The notes beneath the pieces are model-generated. The model was given only the letters and a program-made list of their open reading frames with translations. It ran no database searches and was not told the origin of the DNA. Shown piece after piece: positions 18,915 to 28,921 of a stretch of DNA of 49,189 nucleotides (position 1 is its first letter; each line of letters opens with the position of its first letter). This stretch comes from a virus (Duplodnaviria > Heunggongvirae > Uroviricota > Caudoviricetes), in the IMG/VR virus record IMGVR_UViG_3300045988_153230, one strand, 5' to 3'. Position numbers and translations under genes: made by a program.

Positions 18915-19958
18915 TTAAACCACCTTAGCCACCAGATAGGCATCAGCCACACCTGGATTAGGCAGTGGAGATGACTTCATGGCAACATAACGGCCAGCCG
19001 GCTTACGAGTTACCCAGGTGTCTGGAACTCGTGGCGACTCAACAATCGTTAGAGTCTTTTCGGCGTCATCTACAAGCTCTACAGCACCATACAGCATCGT
19101 TCCTCGACCAGGAGAGCCAAAGAGGATCTTATCTTCCGGTACTAATGGTTCTGGTTTTCCTGTTTTATCATTGCGAATAAGTTCGTCGTAACCATAAAAA
19201 TCGACACCTTCAAGATTGCCATAATGAGTTACGCCTTCTTCTAACTCCTTAGGCTCAATATACCCAAGCTCTTTTCGGCGATTATCAAGATATTTAGTTA
19301 CTGCTTCATTTTTAACGAAGGCATCAACAACTTTTGCGCCCATTACGGCAACACGAGGTGTAAAACCTGAAGTTAGTGATACCCGACGTTTCCAGTTGCG
19401 AACATTGACCAACGGATCTGATTTTGCTGCACTCCATAAATCATCACCTGTCAGTTCAAGATATGGTTTATCTCCTTCCTCTTCAGGCCAAAAATAAACT
19501 GTGTCATCCACTCCTTCACCAACAATATCAACCTGCCCCGTAAACAAGACTTGTGCACACATCCATTCTTCACGGCGGTTAACCATTTCATCAAGCTCAA
19601 GCAAATCTTTACCTAATTGCGCGGCGGCTCGTTCTGCTGGCGATTTTGCGTTGTAAATATTCTCACCCGGAAGCCTGTTTAAAAGCAGCTCGGCTGTTGT
19701 TACCAAATCAGGTGCAACAAGTGGTGGCTCCAGAGTTCTCGTTACAAAGCCGCGTCGCTCAACGGTTTTTGAGCCAAAACCTTTACCAACAAACGGAGCC
19801 ATAGTACGGCCACCGCGAACAAAATCCAGATCAACTTTCTTTGTATTAAAGGTCTGAATACCAGGAAAAAAAGTACGAAGAAGAAAACGACGAGCCTTGA
19901 AATTCTGAATAACAGGCTCAAGCATTGTACGTCGTTCAAAAATATCAATATTCGGCAT
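18915..19958 (-). CDS. Major capsid protein, lambda gpE family
   Basis: 347 aa; N-terminal ...RRFLLRTFFPGIQTFNTKKVDLDF... resembles lambda gpE N-terminus as I recall it; gene order as in lambda. Confidence 0.75.
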   Translation of the reverse strand: MPNIDIFERRTMLEPVIQNFKARRFLLRTFFPGIQTFNTKKVDLDFVRGGRTMAPFVGKGFGSKTVERRGFVTRTLEPPLVAPDLVTTAELLLNRLPGENIYNAKSPAERAAAQLGKDLLELDEMVNRREEWMCAQVLFTGQVDIVGEGVDDTVYFWPEEEGDKPYLELTGDDLWSAAKSDPLVNVRNWKRRVSLTSGFTPRVAVMGAKVVDAFVKNEAVTKYLDNRRKELGYIEPKELEEGVTHYGNLEGVDFYGYDELIRNDKTGKPEPLVPEDKILFGSPGRGTMLYGAVELVDDAEKTLTIVESPRVPDTWVTRKPAGRYVAMKSSPLPNPGVADAYLVAKVV

Positions 19959-19978
19959 AAAAATACGACCTCTTTATA

Positions 19979-20362
19979 TTATGCAGATGGATTTTGTTGT
20001 GCGGTATTAAGGAATATCCCAACCTTCCGGCAAGCCAGATATACATCGGCAATCTTTGCTGATTCAGGAAGGATAACCGCATGTGCATTGAACATTCCGG
20101 TCAGCCATGCTGTTCCAACTTGCGCTGAATCAGTCGCATCAATACTATGTTGAGCGATACAATACGGTTCTTTTGCCACCCCCTCACCAGAGAGATTTAT
20201 TGGTGCCACAGTGACAACATTTGTTGTCTGATCAATACTGACAAAAGCAAGCAACTCACCTCGATTTACTTTACCGCTGGCAAGTTTAATACTTGTTGTA
20301 ATTGCTGGCATACCACCAGAAATAATCAGATTATCTGGTTCAAATGAAAAAGACTCTCGCAT
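19979..20362 (-). CDS. Head decoration protein (gpD-like)
   Basis: 127 aa immediately upstream of the capsid gene, as lambda D. Confidence 0.55.
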   Translation of the reverse strand: MRESFSFEPDNLIISGGMPAITTSIKLASGKVNRGELLAFVSIDQTTNVVTVAPINLSGEGVAKEPYCIAQHSIDATDSAQVGTAWLTGMFNAHAVILPESAKIADVYLACRKVGIFLNTAQQNPSA

Positions 20363-20371
20363 AAACTCACC

Positions 20372-21460
20372 TTAATTTTTATCGCGGTTTTTAAATACTG
20401 ACCCAATAACATTTTTTACTACTTCAGCTTGCTTATCGCCGTTGTTTTCTGGTTGATTAACATCAACTGAATCATTCACCTCATTTGCGTCTTCTTGCCG
20501 TTGATTAAGAAAGTTTTTATTACGCGCTCGCTCTGCATTCATAATTTCCAAAGCAAGTTCAGCCGCAGAAATTCCCGTTTTAAATTTTGCATTCTTAACC
20601 AAGTCGTCATGACCTGGAATTACGCTATTCTCGATTGTTTCAATGCGCTCGCGTTCTGATTTAACGCCCTCGTCTTTACCAGCATTAAAAACCTGATTGT
20701 ATAATTCTGGATGTTTATTTTTTAATTCATCAAGAGTCACAACATCGTCCTCATTTTGTTCATTTAATTCAGTAGATAATTCATTTTTATTTTGTGGCAA
20801 CTTTGCGAGCGAATCAGGTAATTTTGAAAACCTTGATGCTTCAAAAGTTATTCCATTGAGCGAAAGCATCCCTTCCTTTATAGAAGCGGATAAGCGCATT
20901 GGTTTTTCAACTTCGTCAGCAAATCCAAGCTCTACAGCCTCTTCTGCATTTAGCCATGTTTCCTGATCCATTAGTTCAATTAATTTATCCTCAGAAAGCC
21001 CTGTTTTCTCCTTATATGCAGATAAAATACTATCTCGTATCTTATCCATCATCTCAGCAATATCACGTAGTTCATCCGCATCACCAGCAGCAAATGTCCA
21101 CGGATTATGGATCATCATCATAGCATTAGATGGGATAACAACTTTATCACCTGCCATTGCAATAATGGTTGCAGCCGATGCAGCAATACCATCAATATAA
21201 ACAGTAATATTAGCCTTATGACGTTTTAATGAAGAAAGAATAGCTTGAGCAGTAAAAACAGAACCACCATAACTATTAATTTTTACGTTGATAGCATTTG
21301 ATGATATATCCTTTAATTTATTAACTATGTCAGAAGAAGAAACCTCATCAAATTCGCCAATATATCCGTAGATTAAAAGTTCAGCCGGAGAGTCATCTTC
21401 ACCCGTGCTATTTTTTATTTCCCACCAATTAGGCATCATCTGTCTCCATATTTTGTTCAT
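20372..21460 (-). CDS. Prohead protease/scaffold, ClpP/S49-like
   Basis: 362 aa; ...IYGYIGEF...INSYGGSVFTAQAI...ITVYIDGIAASAATIIAMAG...MMIHNP... fits the ClpP-fold serine protease pattern; C-terminal half charged/coiled like a scaffold. Confidence 0.75.
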   Translation of the reverse strand: MNKIWRQMMPNWWEIKNSTGEDDSPAELLIYGYIGEFDEVSSSDIVNKLKDISSNAINVKINSYGGSVFTAQAILSSLKRHKANITVYIDGIAASAATIIAMAGDKVVIPSNAMMMIHNPWTFAAGDADELRDIAEMMDKIRDSILSAYKEKTGLSEDKLIELMDQETWLNAEEAVELGFADEVEKPMRLSASIKEGMLSLNGITFEASRFSKLPDSLAKLPQNKNELSTELNEQNEDDVVTLDELKNKHPELYNQVFNAGKDEGVKSERERIETIENSVIPGHDDLVKNAKFKTGISAAELALEIMNAERARNKNFLNQRQEDANEVNDSVDVNQPENNGDKQAEVVKNVIGSVFKNRDKN

Positions 21461-23003
21461 TTACCTCAGAAACAGGAGGCGTAATCAGCCCCAACTCACG
21501 GCGAGCATTCTCTTCTCTGCCACAAATTTGTGCGGTTTCTTCCCAGTTAAGACCTGACATTTCAGCCGCTTCCTTTTCACGGGTAGAGAATGTTTCCTCA
21601 ACACGCAGTTTTGCAGCTTTGACTTCTTTAAGGGGATCTAATTGGCCTTGTGATGGGCCATACCATTGAGCGCCACTCCATGCAGCGCGATATTCAGGCC
21701 CATAAAAAAAACCAGGGGCAATAACACGACCTTTAGCAACGGCTTCGGCCAACCATTCCTCATAGATCGGTTGGCAAAATGACTGAACCATCCAGTCACG
21801 TCGCATACGGAACATTTTCCAGGCTTCAAGTAATGCGGCCCTGCTTGCGCTATAACTTGCTGTAAAATGCTTTACCAAGAGTTCGTAAGGGAGTTCTAAA
21901 GCAGCCCCAATTTGACGGCATATGGCGACAACAAAACCATCAAATGCCGTATTTGGTCGCCCGGGATTTGCTGTATCTATCGACTCACCTTCACCCAAAC
22001 TTACTATGGAGCCATTCCCCATTTCTTGGGTGTTATCATCATGGTTATCGATCTGCTCGTACTGAGGGATACCCGATTCACCGACTGGTCCATCAGGAGC
22101 GTCTGTTTTAATAAAGACAGTAAACATCCCTGACACAACCGCAGCAACCAATTCAGCATCGGTGTATCGTCCTAACTGCTTCAATGCTTCAATTACAGGA
22201 GCAAGGACAGGAACGCCACGGCGTTGCCCAGGCCTTTCAAAATCCTGCATGACATGCAGAATATTTCTTCTTCCTGTTTTACTCCCATATGCGGGAATAC
22301 GTTCCCACTTGCGGGTTACAAAACCAGAAGTCCCGGCTGGGTGATGTTTTGCAACCCAGTACGCCACAGGCTCGCTAAATTCACCAACCTCTACGCCACC
22401 GTAAAGATTTGGTATAAAACGATCCTCTGGATTGCAAACACGATCACCTTCAATTAAATAGACGCACAAATCATATATAACACCCTTACGCTTAATAACT
22501 GGTAGCGCAGCAAATATATCGCCAGATGTTAAAGCAGATATTTGAACCAATGATTGCAATTGTCCAAAAGTACACATTCTTGATGCATCACAATTTGGAG
22601 AATCAGCCCATAATCTAAACTCACGCTCAACATGCTTTTCCCATGCTCGCGCTTCTTCCTGCGTCATCCCCAAGAAATCGGCATCAATGTTCGCATTTAG
22701 TTTTAAACCGGAACCAACAACGTTTGTCCTGATAGTTTTTATTGCGCCAACCGATAGCGGGTTTCCCATGAAGAGATCACGAGAACGCTCACGCAATTTA
22801 TCTATATTTTTAACTATATCATCATCAGGAGAACCAGCTTTACTAAACCAACCCATTAATGATTTTTTATGAGTGCTTGCACCATGACGTGAATATCCAA
22901 GGTTATTAATACCTTCAAGTGCTTCTAACCGTTTTCTTGCCAAAGCTCGATTTAATGCCCTCTGAGGTGAAAACGGCGCAATAACTCGATCAAGAATATT
23001 CAT
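21429..23003 (-). CDS. Portal protein
   Basis: 524 aa between terminase/gpW and protease, as lambda B. Confidence 0.75.
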   Translation of the reverse strand: MNILDRVIAPFSPQRALNRALARKRLEALEGINNLGYSRHGASTHKKSLMGWFSKAGSPDDDIVKNIDKLRERSRDLFMGNPLSVGAIKTIRTNVVGSGLKLNANIDADFLGMTQEEARAWEKHVEREFRLWADSPNCDASRMCTFGQLQSLVQISALTSGDIFAALPVIKRKGVIYDLCVYLIEGDRVCNPEDRFIPNLYGGVEVGEFSEPVAYWVAKHHPAGTSGFVTRKWERIPAYGSKTGRRNILHVMQDFERPGQRRGVPVLAPVIEALKQLGRYTDAELVAAVVSGMFTVFIKTDAPDGPVGESGIPQYEQIDNHDDNTQEMGNGSIVSLGEGESIDTANPGRPNTAFDGFVVAICRQIGAALELPYELLVKHFTASYSASRAALLEAWKMFRMRRDWMVQSFCQPIYEEWLAEAVAKGRVIAPGFFYGPEYRAAWSGAQWYGPSQGQLDPLKEVKAAKLRVEETFSTREKEAAEMSGLNWEETAQICGREENARRELGLITPPVSEVNEQNMETDDA

Positions 23004-23239
23004 AAATCTCTTATCACCACTCGTTTAATTCGTGGGCCTCGGCGTATACCTGCTGATAATCTTTCTACTTCATTACGCCAGTAATCCATCTCTTTTCTGA
23101 CTTCTGATAAATCCGCACGTGTTAACTGCCGCGTACCAAATTTATATGACTGACCGCCAATAGCAATAGCGCGATATGCTTCCCGCCAGACAGATAACAT
23201 CTCTCTGGCTTCACTCAGAGAAAATGCTTCATTGTTCAT
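23000..23239 (-). CDS. Head-to-tail joining protein gpW-like
   Basis: 79 aa between large terminase and portal; ends ...RRGPRIKRVVIRDL, resembling lambda gpW. Confidence 0.5.
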   Translation of the reverse strand: MNNEAFSLSEAREMLSVWREAYRAIAIGGQSYKFGTRQLTRADLSEVRKEMDYWRNEVERLSAGIRRGPRIKRVVIRDL

Positions 23240-23250
23240 TTATATTTCCT

Positions 23251-25107
23251 CTATATGGTTACGCCTTTACTTATAACTCTACGGCGTCTTCTACGTATAC
23301 CTGACGAGTTCTGCACATACACATTACCTCGCATTTCCTGTTCGGCAAGCCAGTTAAAATTAGGGTTCAGAATTTCCATCGCGGCAGTTGCATAGTTACG
23401 GCAATCAAGAGGCTCGTTACGCTCGTAGACTTTCACCCATTTTTCTTTTGTCTGCCCATTTTTATATTCAAATATTTTTTTCTCTGATAATAATCCTTTA
23501 AAGTATTCGGTATCATATCCTCTGTCAGAATCTAATGGGAAATGCATATAACCAGGACCAGGATCATGTAGTTTAATTCTTGCCATGATGGTCCCTTTAC
23601 CATCATCAACCCCCAAATTAAACAACATAGCACCCACACGGTTATTATTACTTGGCTTTCCTATAAATGGTAAACCTACCCCACCACGCCCCCTGATAGA
23701 GTATATTCGCCTTGATTCTCTCGGCTTAGTAAAGCGATATACCTCTGTCGTAAAATGCCCACCAGAGTCAATACAAACGGAAGAAATCTGTAATTTTCGA
23801 CCGTCACGGAATGACCAGCTACGGAGTAAGTATTCATCAAGTTGTTTCCAGACAACATCTTGTGCGGGATCACCTGGGAATATTTTATATTCTATCCCCC
23901 ATGACTCCTTACCTTTTCCCCAACCGACCAATTCACAAACTAAATACGTGTCCTGTACGTCAACACCAGCACTTAACAATAAAACATCATCTGGTAAAAA
24001 CTCTTCAAACCTTATTCTGCGTTGCAACAAGTATTCAGGATCGATATCGTCTTTAGCATCCTCTTTCCATGGCTCACCCAGCTTAAGGTTAATAAACTCC
24101 ATTAATCCATTTTTATCGCGGTTTCTGGTTGCTTCCGTAAATTCTTCAACCAGCTCTGACAATGCAACCCACGGGGAGTAAAGACTGTTAATATGAAAAC
24201 CAACAATACCTTTAACTCCAGTATGTTCAGCTATCCATACCCCCTTCGCCAGCCAATCAACGTCTGGTTTACCAGATCCGCGCATAATCCCGCCGCACTC
24301 ACAGCACTCATATCTGGCCGTTTCCGGTAACGCCTCACCTGAATCGCTCTTATCCCATCTGACTTGCGACCATTTCATCACCTGCATGGTGCCACAACAT
24401 GGGCAAGGAACATGGTAGTAACGCTGATCGGAGAGCTTAAACCACTTGTGGATTTTGCTCGTTTCCTCCAAAACAGGAGTAGAAACAAAAACTTTCTTAC
24501 GATTATGAAAGTTGGTAGTACGCTGAATACCTAGTTTTAGTGGGTCGCCCTCCTGCGTCACACCGTAACGATCAATCTCATCAGCTAACAGTATTCGAAT
24601 TGGCCTGGATGCAAGACCTGCTGGGGAATTAGCACCAACAAGTGCTATATATCCACCAGCGTAATGCTTCATACGTATAGTCGTGCTGGACTTTTTGGCT
24701 GCACCGCGCCCCTCTTTCCCTTCATGCAGCTTGTGTTTCAAACCAGGGGAATATTTGAACGTCGGATCAATACGCTCTTTTGAAAAAGCCTCAGCCGCCT
24801 CTACCGTTGGATAAATCATCAACTGAGGAGATGGCTCCTGATCTGCAAAGTAACCCATAACATTTAGCTGTAATTCGGATTTACCAATTTGCGAGCTACA
24901 TTGCATCACTACTGTTTCTGTATCAGCGTCACCAATAACATCCATTGGTTCACGCAAATATGGCACTCGGCTTGTACGCCACGGCCCTGGTTCTGGAGAC
25001 GTTCCCGGCGCTACATGACGATACTTATCAGCCCATTCGGAAACAGTTAGCCGTGATTTAGGGCGAAGCGCACGGAAAAAAGCGGTGCTCCATACTGTTT
25101 CGCCCAT
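23251..25107 (-). CDS. Terminase large subunit, lambda GpA family
   Basis: 618 aa; Walker A-like QCSSQIGKSE and overall size match GpA-type terminases. Confidence 0.85.
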   Translation of the reverse strand: MGETVWSTAFFRALRPKSRLTVSEWADKYRHVAPGTSPEPGPWRTSRVPYLREPMDVIGDADTETVVMQCSSQIGKSELQLNVMGYFADQEPSPQLMIYPTVEAAEAFSKERIDPTFKYSPGLKHKLHEGKEGRGAAKKSSTTIRMKHYAGGYIALVGANSPAGLASRPIRILLADEIDRYGVTQEGDPLKLGIQRTTNFHNRKKVFVSTPVLEETSKIHKWFKLSDQRYYHVPCPCCGTMQVMKWSQVRWDKSDSGEALPETARYECCECGGIMRGSGKPDVDWLAKGVWIAEHTGVKGIVGFHINSLYSPWVALSELVEEFTEATRNRDKNGLMEFINLKLGEPWKEDAKDDIDPEYLLQRRIRFEEFLPDDVLLLSAGVDVQDTYLVCELVGWGKGKESWGIEYKIFPGDPAQDVVWKQLDEYLLRSWSFRDGRKLQISSVCIDSGGHFTTEVYRFTKPRESRRIYSIRGRGGVGLPFIGKPSNNNRVGAMLFNLGVDDGKGTIMARIKLHDPGPGYMHFPLDSDRGYDTEYFKGLLSEKKIFEYKNGQTKEKWVKVYERNEPLDCRNYATAAMEILNPNFNWLAEQEMRGNVYVQNSSGIRRRRRRVISKGVTI

Positions 25108-25112
25108 GAGGT

Positions 25113-25664
25113 TTATTCTTCCTGCTTAATAAATCGGGATTCCTGGAGCGCCTGAAGCGCAAAATTAATCTCGTCTTCAATAATGCGTTCGATCTCCCTG
25201 GCTGTTTTGCCTTCACAACGGGGAGCTGCTCTTGGAGCAATACTAAATAAGCGGCTACGCAATTCATTAGCTGCCAGAAATGCATCATCCCTGACCGCAT
25301 CTTTAGCGATGAGAGAGCCTTCCTTTTCTTCAAATTCAAGGCGTTTCAGCTTTGCCTGATAAATTTTTTCTGCGGTCTTAGCCTTGTTGAATTGCACCGC
25401 AACACCGGAAGTACCACCAGCTAATCCGGCATCATCAGCGGGTAACTCTGGTTGTTCCGAAGATATCCCATGCCCTCTTTTTCCATTTTCAGCAGATACC
25501 TCACGACCAACCTGTCGGCTCGCTTCATAAGCCGCACTGGCTTTATCAAAATCCAGCTTGCCGCTTTTCAGCACTGGAATGCGACCGGAACGACAGAGCT
25601 TCGTAACCATTGCCGGAGAAATACCTTTCCGGCGGGCAAACTCTGACTTACTGACGATGGCCAT
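25113..25664 (-). CDS. Terminase small subunit
   Basis: 183 aa from ATG at 25664 (MAIVSKSEFARRKGISPAMVTKL..., N-terminal HTH), directly upstream of the large subunit; 1-nt stop/start overlap with the upstream gene. Confidence 0.65.
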   Translation of the reverse strand: MAIVSKSEFARRKGISPAMVTKLCRSGRIPVLKSGKLDFDKASAAYEASRQVGREVSAENGKRGHGISSEQPELPADDAGLAGGTSGVAVQFNKAKTAEKIYQAKLKRLEFEEKEGSLIAKDAVRDDAFLAANELRSRLFSIAPRAAPRCEGKTAREIERIIEDEINFALQALQESRFIKQEE

Positions 25665-26254
25665 TACTTGCAACCATTAGCAAGATACTGCACAAATCCC
25701 TCATGCGTTTCATGCGCGTCGTGGTACTGACGATAAACATCCAGCAACAATGCAATTTCCATATCCGTCGCGGGAATACGTTCTTTATCAATAGCCAGGT
25801 ACTTAATTTGAACAACAGGGGAAGAATTATCGTCTTCTTCCTGCGGCTGTTCATCGCTTAACATTTCGTCAAGCTCTGCATCATTAAACCCAAGCAGATC
25901 AATATCAAAATCATCATCCATTAACTCTTTGACTTCTTCGGCCAGAAGCTGCATATCCCAGCCAGCATTTAAGGCCAGCTTGTTATCTGCAATCCTGTAA
26001 GCCTTCTTCTGTTTTTCAGAAAGGTTACTCAACCGAATCGCCGGAACTTTATCCATTTCCAGAATTTCGGCTGCTGCAAGCCGACCATGCCCCGCAATCA
26101 GTTCATTCTTTTCATCGATCAGCACAGGATTAGTGAACCCGAACTCACGGATACTGTTCACCAACTGTTCAACCTGCTCATCTGAATGAGTCCGTGAATT
26201 TTTGGCGTATCTGAGCAGCTTACCGACTGGTAAATATTCGATTTTTAGAGCCAT
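25664..26254 (-). CDS. ParB/Srx-like nuclease-domain protein, paralog 1
   Basis: 196 aa; ...KNSRTHSDEQVEQLVNSIREFGFTNPVLIDEKNELIAGHGRLAAA... ParB N-terminal domain motif; paralogous to 28921..29544. Confidence 0.7.
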   Translation of the reverse strand: MALKIEYLPVGKLLRYAKNSRTHSDEQVEQLVNSIREFGFTNPVLIDEKNELIAGHGRLAAAEILEMDKVPAIRLSNLSEKQKKAYRIADNKLALNAGWDMQLLAEEVKELMDDDFDIDLLGFNDAELDEMLSDEQPQEEDDNSSPVVQIKYLAIDKERIPATDMEIALLLDVYRQYHDAHETHEGFVQYLANGCK

Positions 26255-26811
26255 TTTTTAACCGCCATAACACAACAGGTTAAAGAAAACCGTTTAACTT
26301 ATTGATACTAAAAGAGAAAAATGACGATCTTTTTACTCATAAAAAATCACACAAAACAGCATAATTATCTGATTTTATTAAGTTTTTATAAGTAAAAAGG
26401 ATCTTGAGATGGTTTTTTGGTTAAAAGATTGGATGTATTTGCATGATTTATAACGATTTTTATCAGAACAACATCACATTGGTTAAAGATCTGCGCGTAT
26501 CTTGATGATCTAAAAGAAAATTTTCTACTTTCTTTTTACCAGCACAAATACAGCAAAAAATCACGTTTTCCCGATATTTTTCAATGAGATGAGTAAATTT
26601 CTTTTACCGCAACTTTTAACCTAACTTTTTTCACGTTTAGCTAGCCGAACATCGGGGTTCGAATGACCCGCATCCAACGCTTTTGGCCAGAAGGACCCAA
26701 TTCTGCCGGACGATGAAACGATGCTCGTACTCCCCCACAGACAGCCAGCGAGCGACGCTACAGAACACAGTGAATACACTCTGCATAACAACACCATCAA
26801 CCACACGATGA

Positions 26812-27531
26812 TTAACGAGAGAAGGTCTTAGAAAGAATGTCATCAATAGCCTTTGTGACTTCATCAGCAAACGCATCCTCACCAGCACGCAGCGCCACGC
26901 CATGCCAATCAAGACGCTGCGAATAGTTAGGTTGCTGGATAAACGTAAGGATCAACGTAGGACGCCGCCCAACGCGCTGCCAGACGCCTGGTTGAAGCGG
27001 GTTACTTGTACCAGGTCGAACAACAAAAAACTCCGTAGGCTTGCCCTGACGGCGATTTTGATGCGCATCTCGCTGAACTCTTAGGCCAGATAAGACCTGC
27101 TGTAATTGCCCCCGCGAAATATTCCCGTATTTGTCCAGCTTTGCGCCGGGACCAGGAGCAAGCTGCCAGCCGTTAGGCAAATATCCACCAGCCCTTAGCG
27201 CCCCTTCTGAGCGTTTGTACTGTCGTTGGCCACCTTCGATTTGCGGAGTCAACGTTACAGGGGCTGGCGTTCCTCCCCATTCACGAGCATACACAATGGC
27301 TGTAGGATCACTCTTCTTTGCGGCCAAAACGTAAGTAGAGTTCTGAATCCACGGCGTGGGCCTGTCAAATACCCGATTAATTTCATTCTTAATCGCAGCC
27401 TGAGAAGCCTTTGCCGTTCTGGTTGCCGCAAGCGCCATTGCGAACGGCAATTCGCGTTCTTCAAGGCGCTGGAGTTGTCGTTGAATATCCTGAGAAGAAA
27501 AATCCATCTTTATCTCAATTCTGTCAGCCAC
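26812..27531 (-). CDS. Hypothetical protein inside the ParB-domain cluster
   Basis: 239 aa; GTG start at 27531 preceded by AGGGGG. No family recognised. Confidence 0.5.
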   Translation of the reverse strand: MADRIEIKMDFSSQDIQRQLQRLEERELPFAMALAATRTAKASQAAIKNEINRVFDRPTPWIQNSTYVLAAKKSDPTAIVYAREWGGTPAPVTLTPQIEGGQRQYKRSEGALRAGGYLPNGWQLAPGPGAKLDKYGNISRGQLQQVLSGLRVQRDAHQNRRQGKPTEFFVVRPGTSNPLQPGVWQRVGRRPTLILTFIQQPNYSQRLDWHGVALRAGEDAFADEVTKAIDDILSKTFSR

Positions 27532-27547
27532 CAGCGCCCCCTACAGA

Positions 27548-28921
27548 CTACTTAATCAACGGCCGGAAAGCCGCCAGCACATCATCAGATCGTCCGATTG
27601 TTGAACCACCAGGCAACGGCAACTCAAACTCAAAACGAACAGCTTTCTCCAGACTCGCCCAACTAAGGGAATCATCGTTAATGACGTGCAAATACCAGCT
27701 CTTACAGTTGAATATTGACCGCTTAATCCTGAAACCATGTACACGACACAACTGCTTCACTTCCTCATCAGAGTGAAACTTCTGGTAAAACCAGTGCCCC
27801 TTCCGGTACAACGCGGTAAAACCGTTATGATCAATAAAATAAAGCCGGCTTTTGGAACTCGCCGCCTGTGTTTGCTTCAGGACTGTTTCCAGCTCTCCAC
27901 GGCTACGACCAGAAAAGAATATTGACCCACCAGCTTTACACAGGCCTTTCAGAACCGTCAGAACGGACCATTCAGCCTCGACACTATCGACCGAGTTCAA
28001 AACGCTATCGCAAATCACGTAGTCGTAACGCCCTCGCGTTTTTAAGTCATCCACCAGCGTATCAATCATCCGGTTTGTTGCGGTCCTATCCAGAGTGTTT
28101 CCAGCGCCCTTACGGCGGAAAAGCTCGAGATCATGCAGGTTATATCCCTTTGCCCTGAGCATTCGCGCGTAGTCTCCCTGCCCCGAACCAAAATCAATTC
28201 CTCTTGGCGTCTTGGCAATGATCGGGAGGATCAACGACTCATACAGATTTGATTTCAGGCTGCCACCATTACGCAACCGCATAAGCTGCGCATACGTCTG
28301 GATGTATGTTGTTTTCTCCAGATGAGAATACTCAAATACACCATAAGTTTTATTCAGATAACTTTGGTATTTTTCCTTCTCAACATCAGGGATCACAAAC
28401 ACCGTTAGCGGTGTGCGCGTCATCTTCGCTGCTAATGCATACTGAGCACAATGAATAACCTCACCAGACTGAGTAGCAACACAACCACCCCACGGACCAT
28501 ACTTGATAACCAGTTCCGCTATGTTCTTTCGAACATATGCCATTTTCGCGCGCATATTGCCTGAGATCTGGCTTGCCGATACCTGAACAAAACCATGCTT
28601 ATCTTCCAGACCGGACACCCTGCAACGCTCATCTCCGCTATCAAAATCCGTTCCGTTATGCAGTTGGTTAAACCGTACTTCGTCGTATACCGTCGTTTCA
28701 CAGGGCAACACATACACCGCAGCACGCGTTATTCCCAACTTACGTAGCGCCTTCGTCCTTTGGTGTCCCGCCACCAGCAAATCGCCGCGCACTATCAATG
28801 GCTTCACAAGCCCCAGCTCCCTGACGCTTTCCGCCAGCCTCGCAAGATCATCCTCACCGATAAAACGCGGGTTATATTCCGCGCCGCGTAGGTGCGTTAT
28901 GTCGTAATTCAGGTGAAGCAT
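27548..28921 (-). CDS. ParB-like domain fused to class I SAM-dependent methyltransferase
   Basis: N-terminal ...LGLVKPLIVRGDLLVAGHQRTKALRKLG... (ParB/Srx motif); C-terminal Rossmann MTase motifs GIDFGSGQGDYARML (motif I), acidic LHDLE, YDYVICDSVLNSV, LKGLCKAGGSIFFSG. No DPPY/NPPY motif, so not a canonical amino-MTase. ATG at 28921 overlaps the stop of the upstream ParB gene. Confidence 0.7.
   Translation of the reverse strand: MLHLNYDITHLRGAEYNPRFIGEDDLARLAESVRELGLVKPLIVRGDLLVAGHQRTKALRKLGITRAAVYVLPCETTVYDEVRFNQLHNGTDFDSGDERCRVSGLEDKHGFVQVSASQISGNMRAKMAYVRKNIAELVIKYGPWGGCVATQSGEVIHCAQYALAAKMTRTPLTVFVIPDVEKEKYQSYLNKTYGVFEYSHLEKTTYIQTYAQLMRLRNGGSLKSNLYESLILPIIAKTPRGIDFGSGQGDYARMLRAKGYNLHDLELFRRKGAGNTLDRTATNRMIDTLVDDLKTRGRYDYVICDSVLNSVDSVEAEWSVLTVLKGLCKAGGSIFFSGRSRGELETVLKQTQAASSKSRLYFIDHNGFTALYRKGHWFYQKFHSDEEVKQLCRVHGFRIKRSIFNCKSWYLHVINDDSLSWASLEKAVRFEFELPLPGGSTIGRSDDVLAAFRPLIK

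Noticed and set aside
23585-24181. 198-codon plus-strand ORF within the large terminase gene
   Set aside because: Antisense to a confidently assigned terminase; Ser/Pro-rich low-complexity translation.
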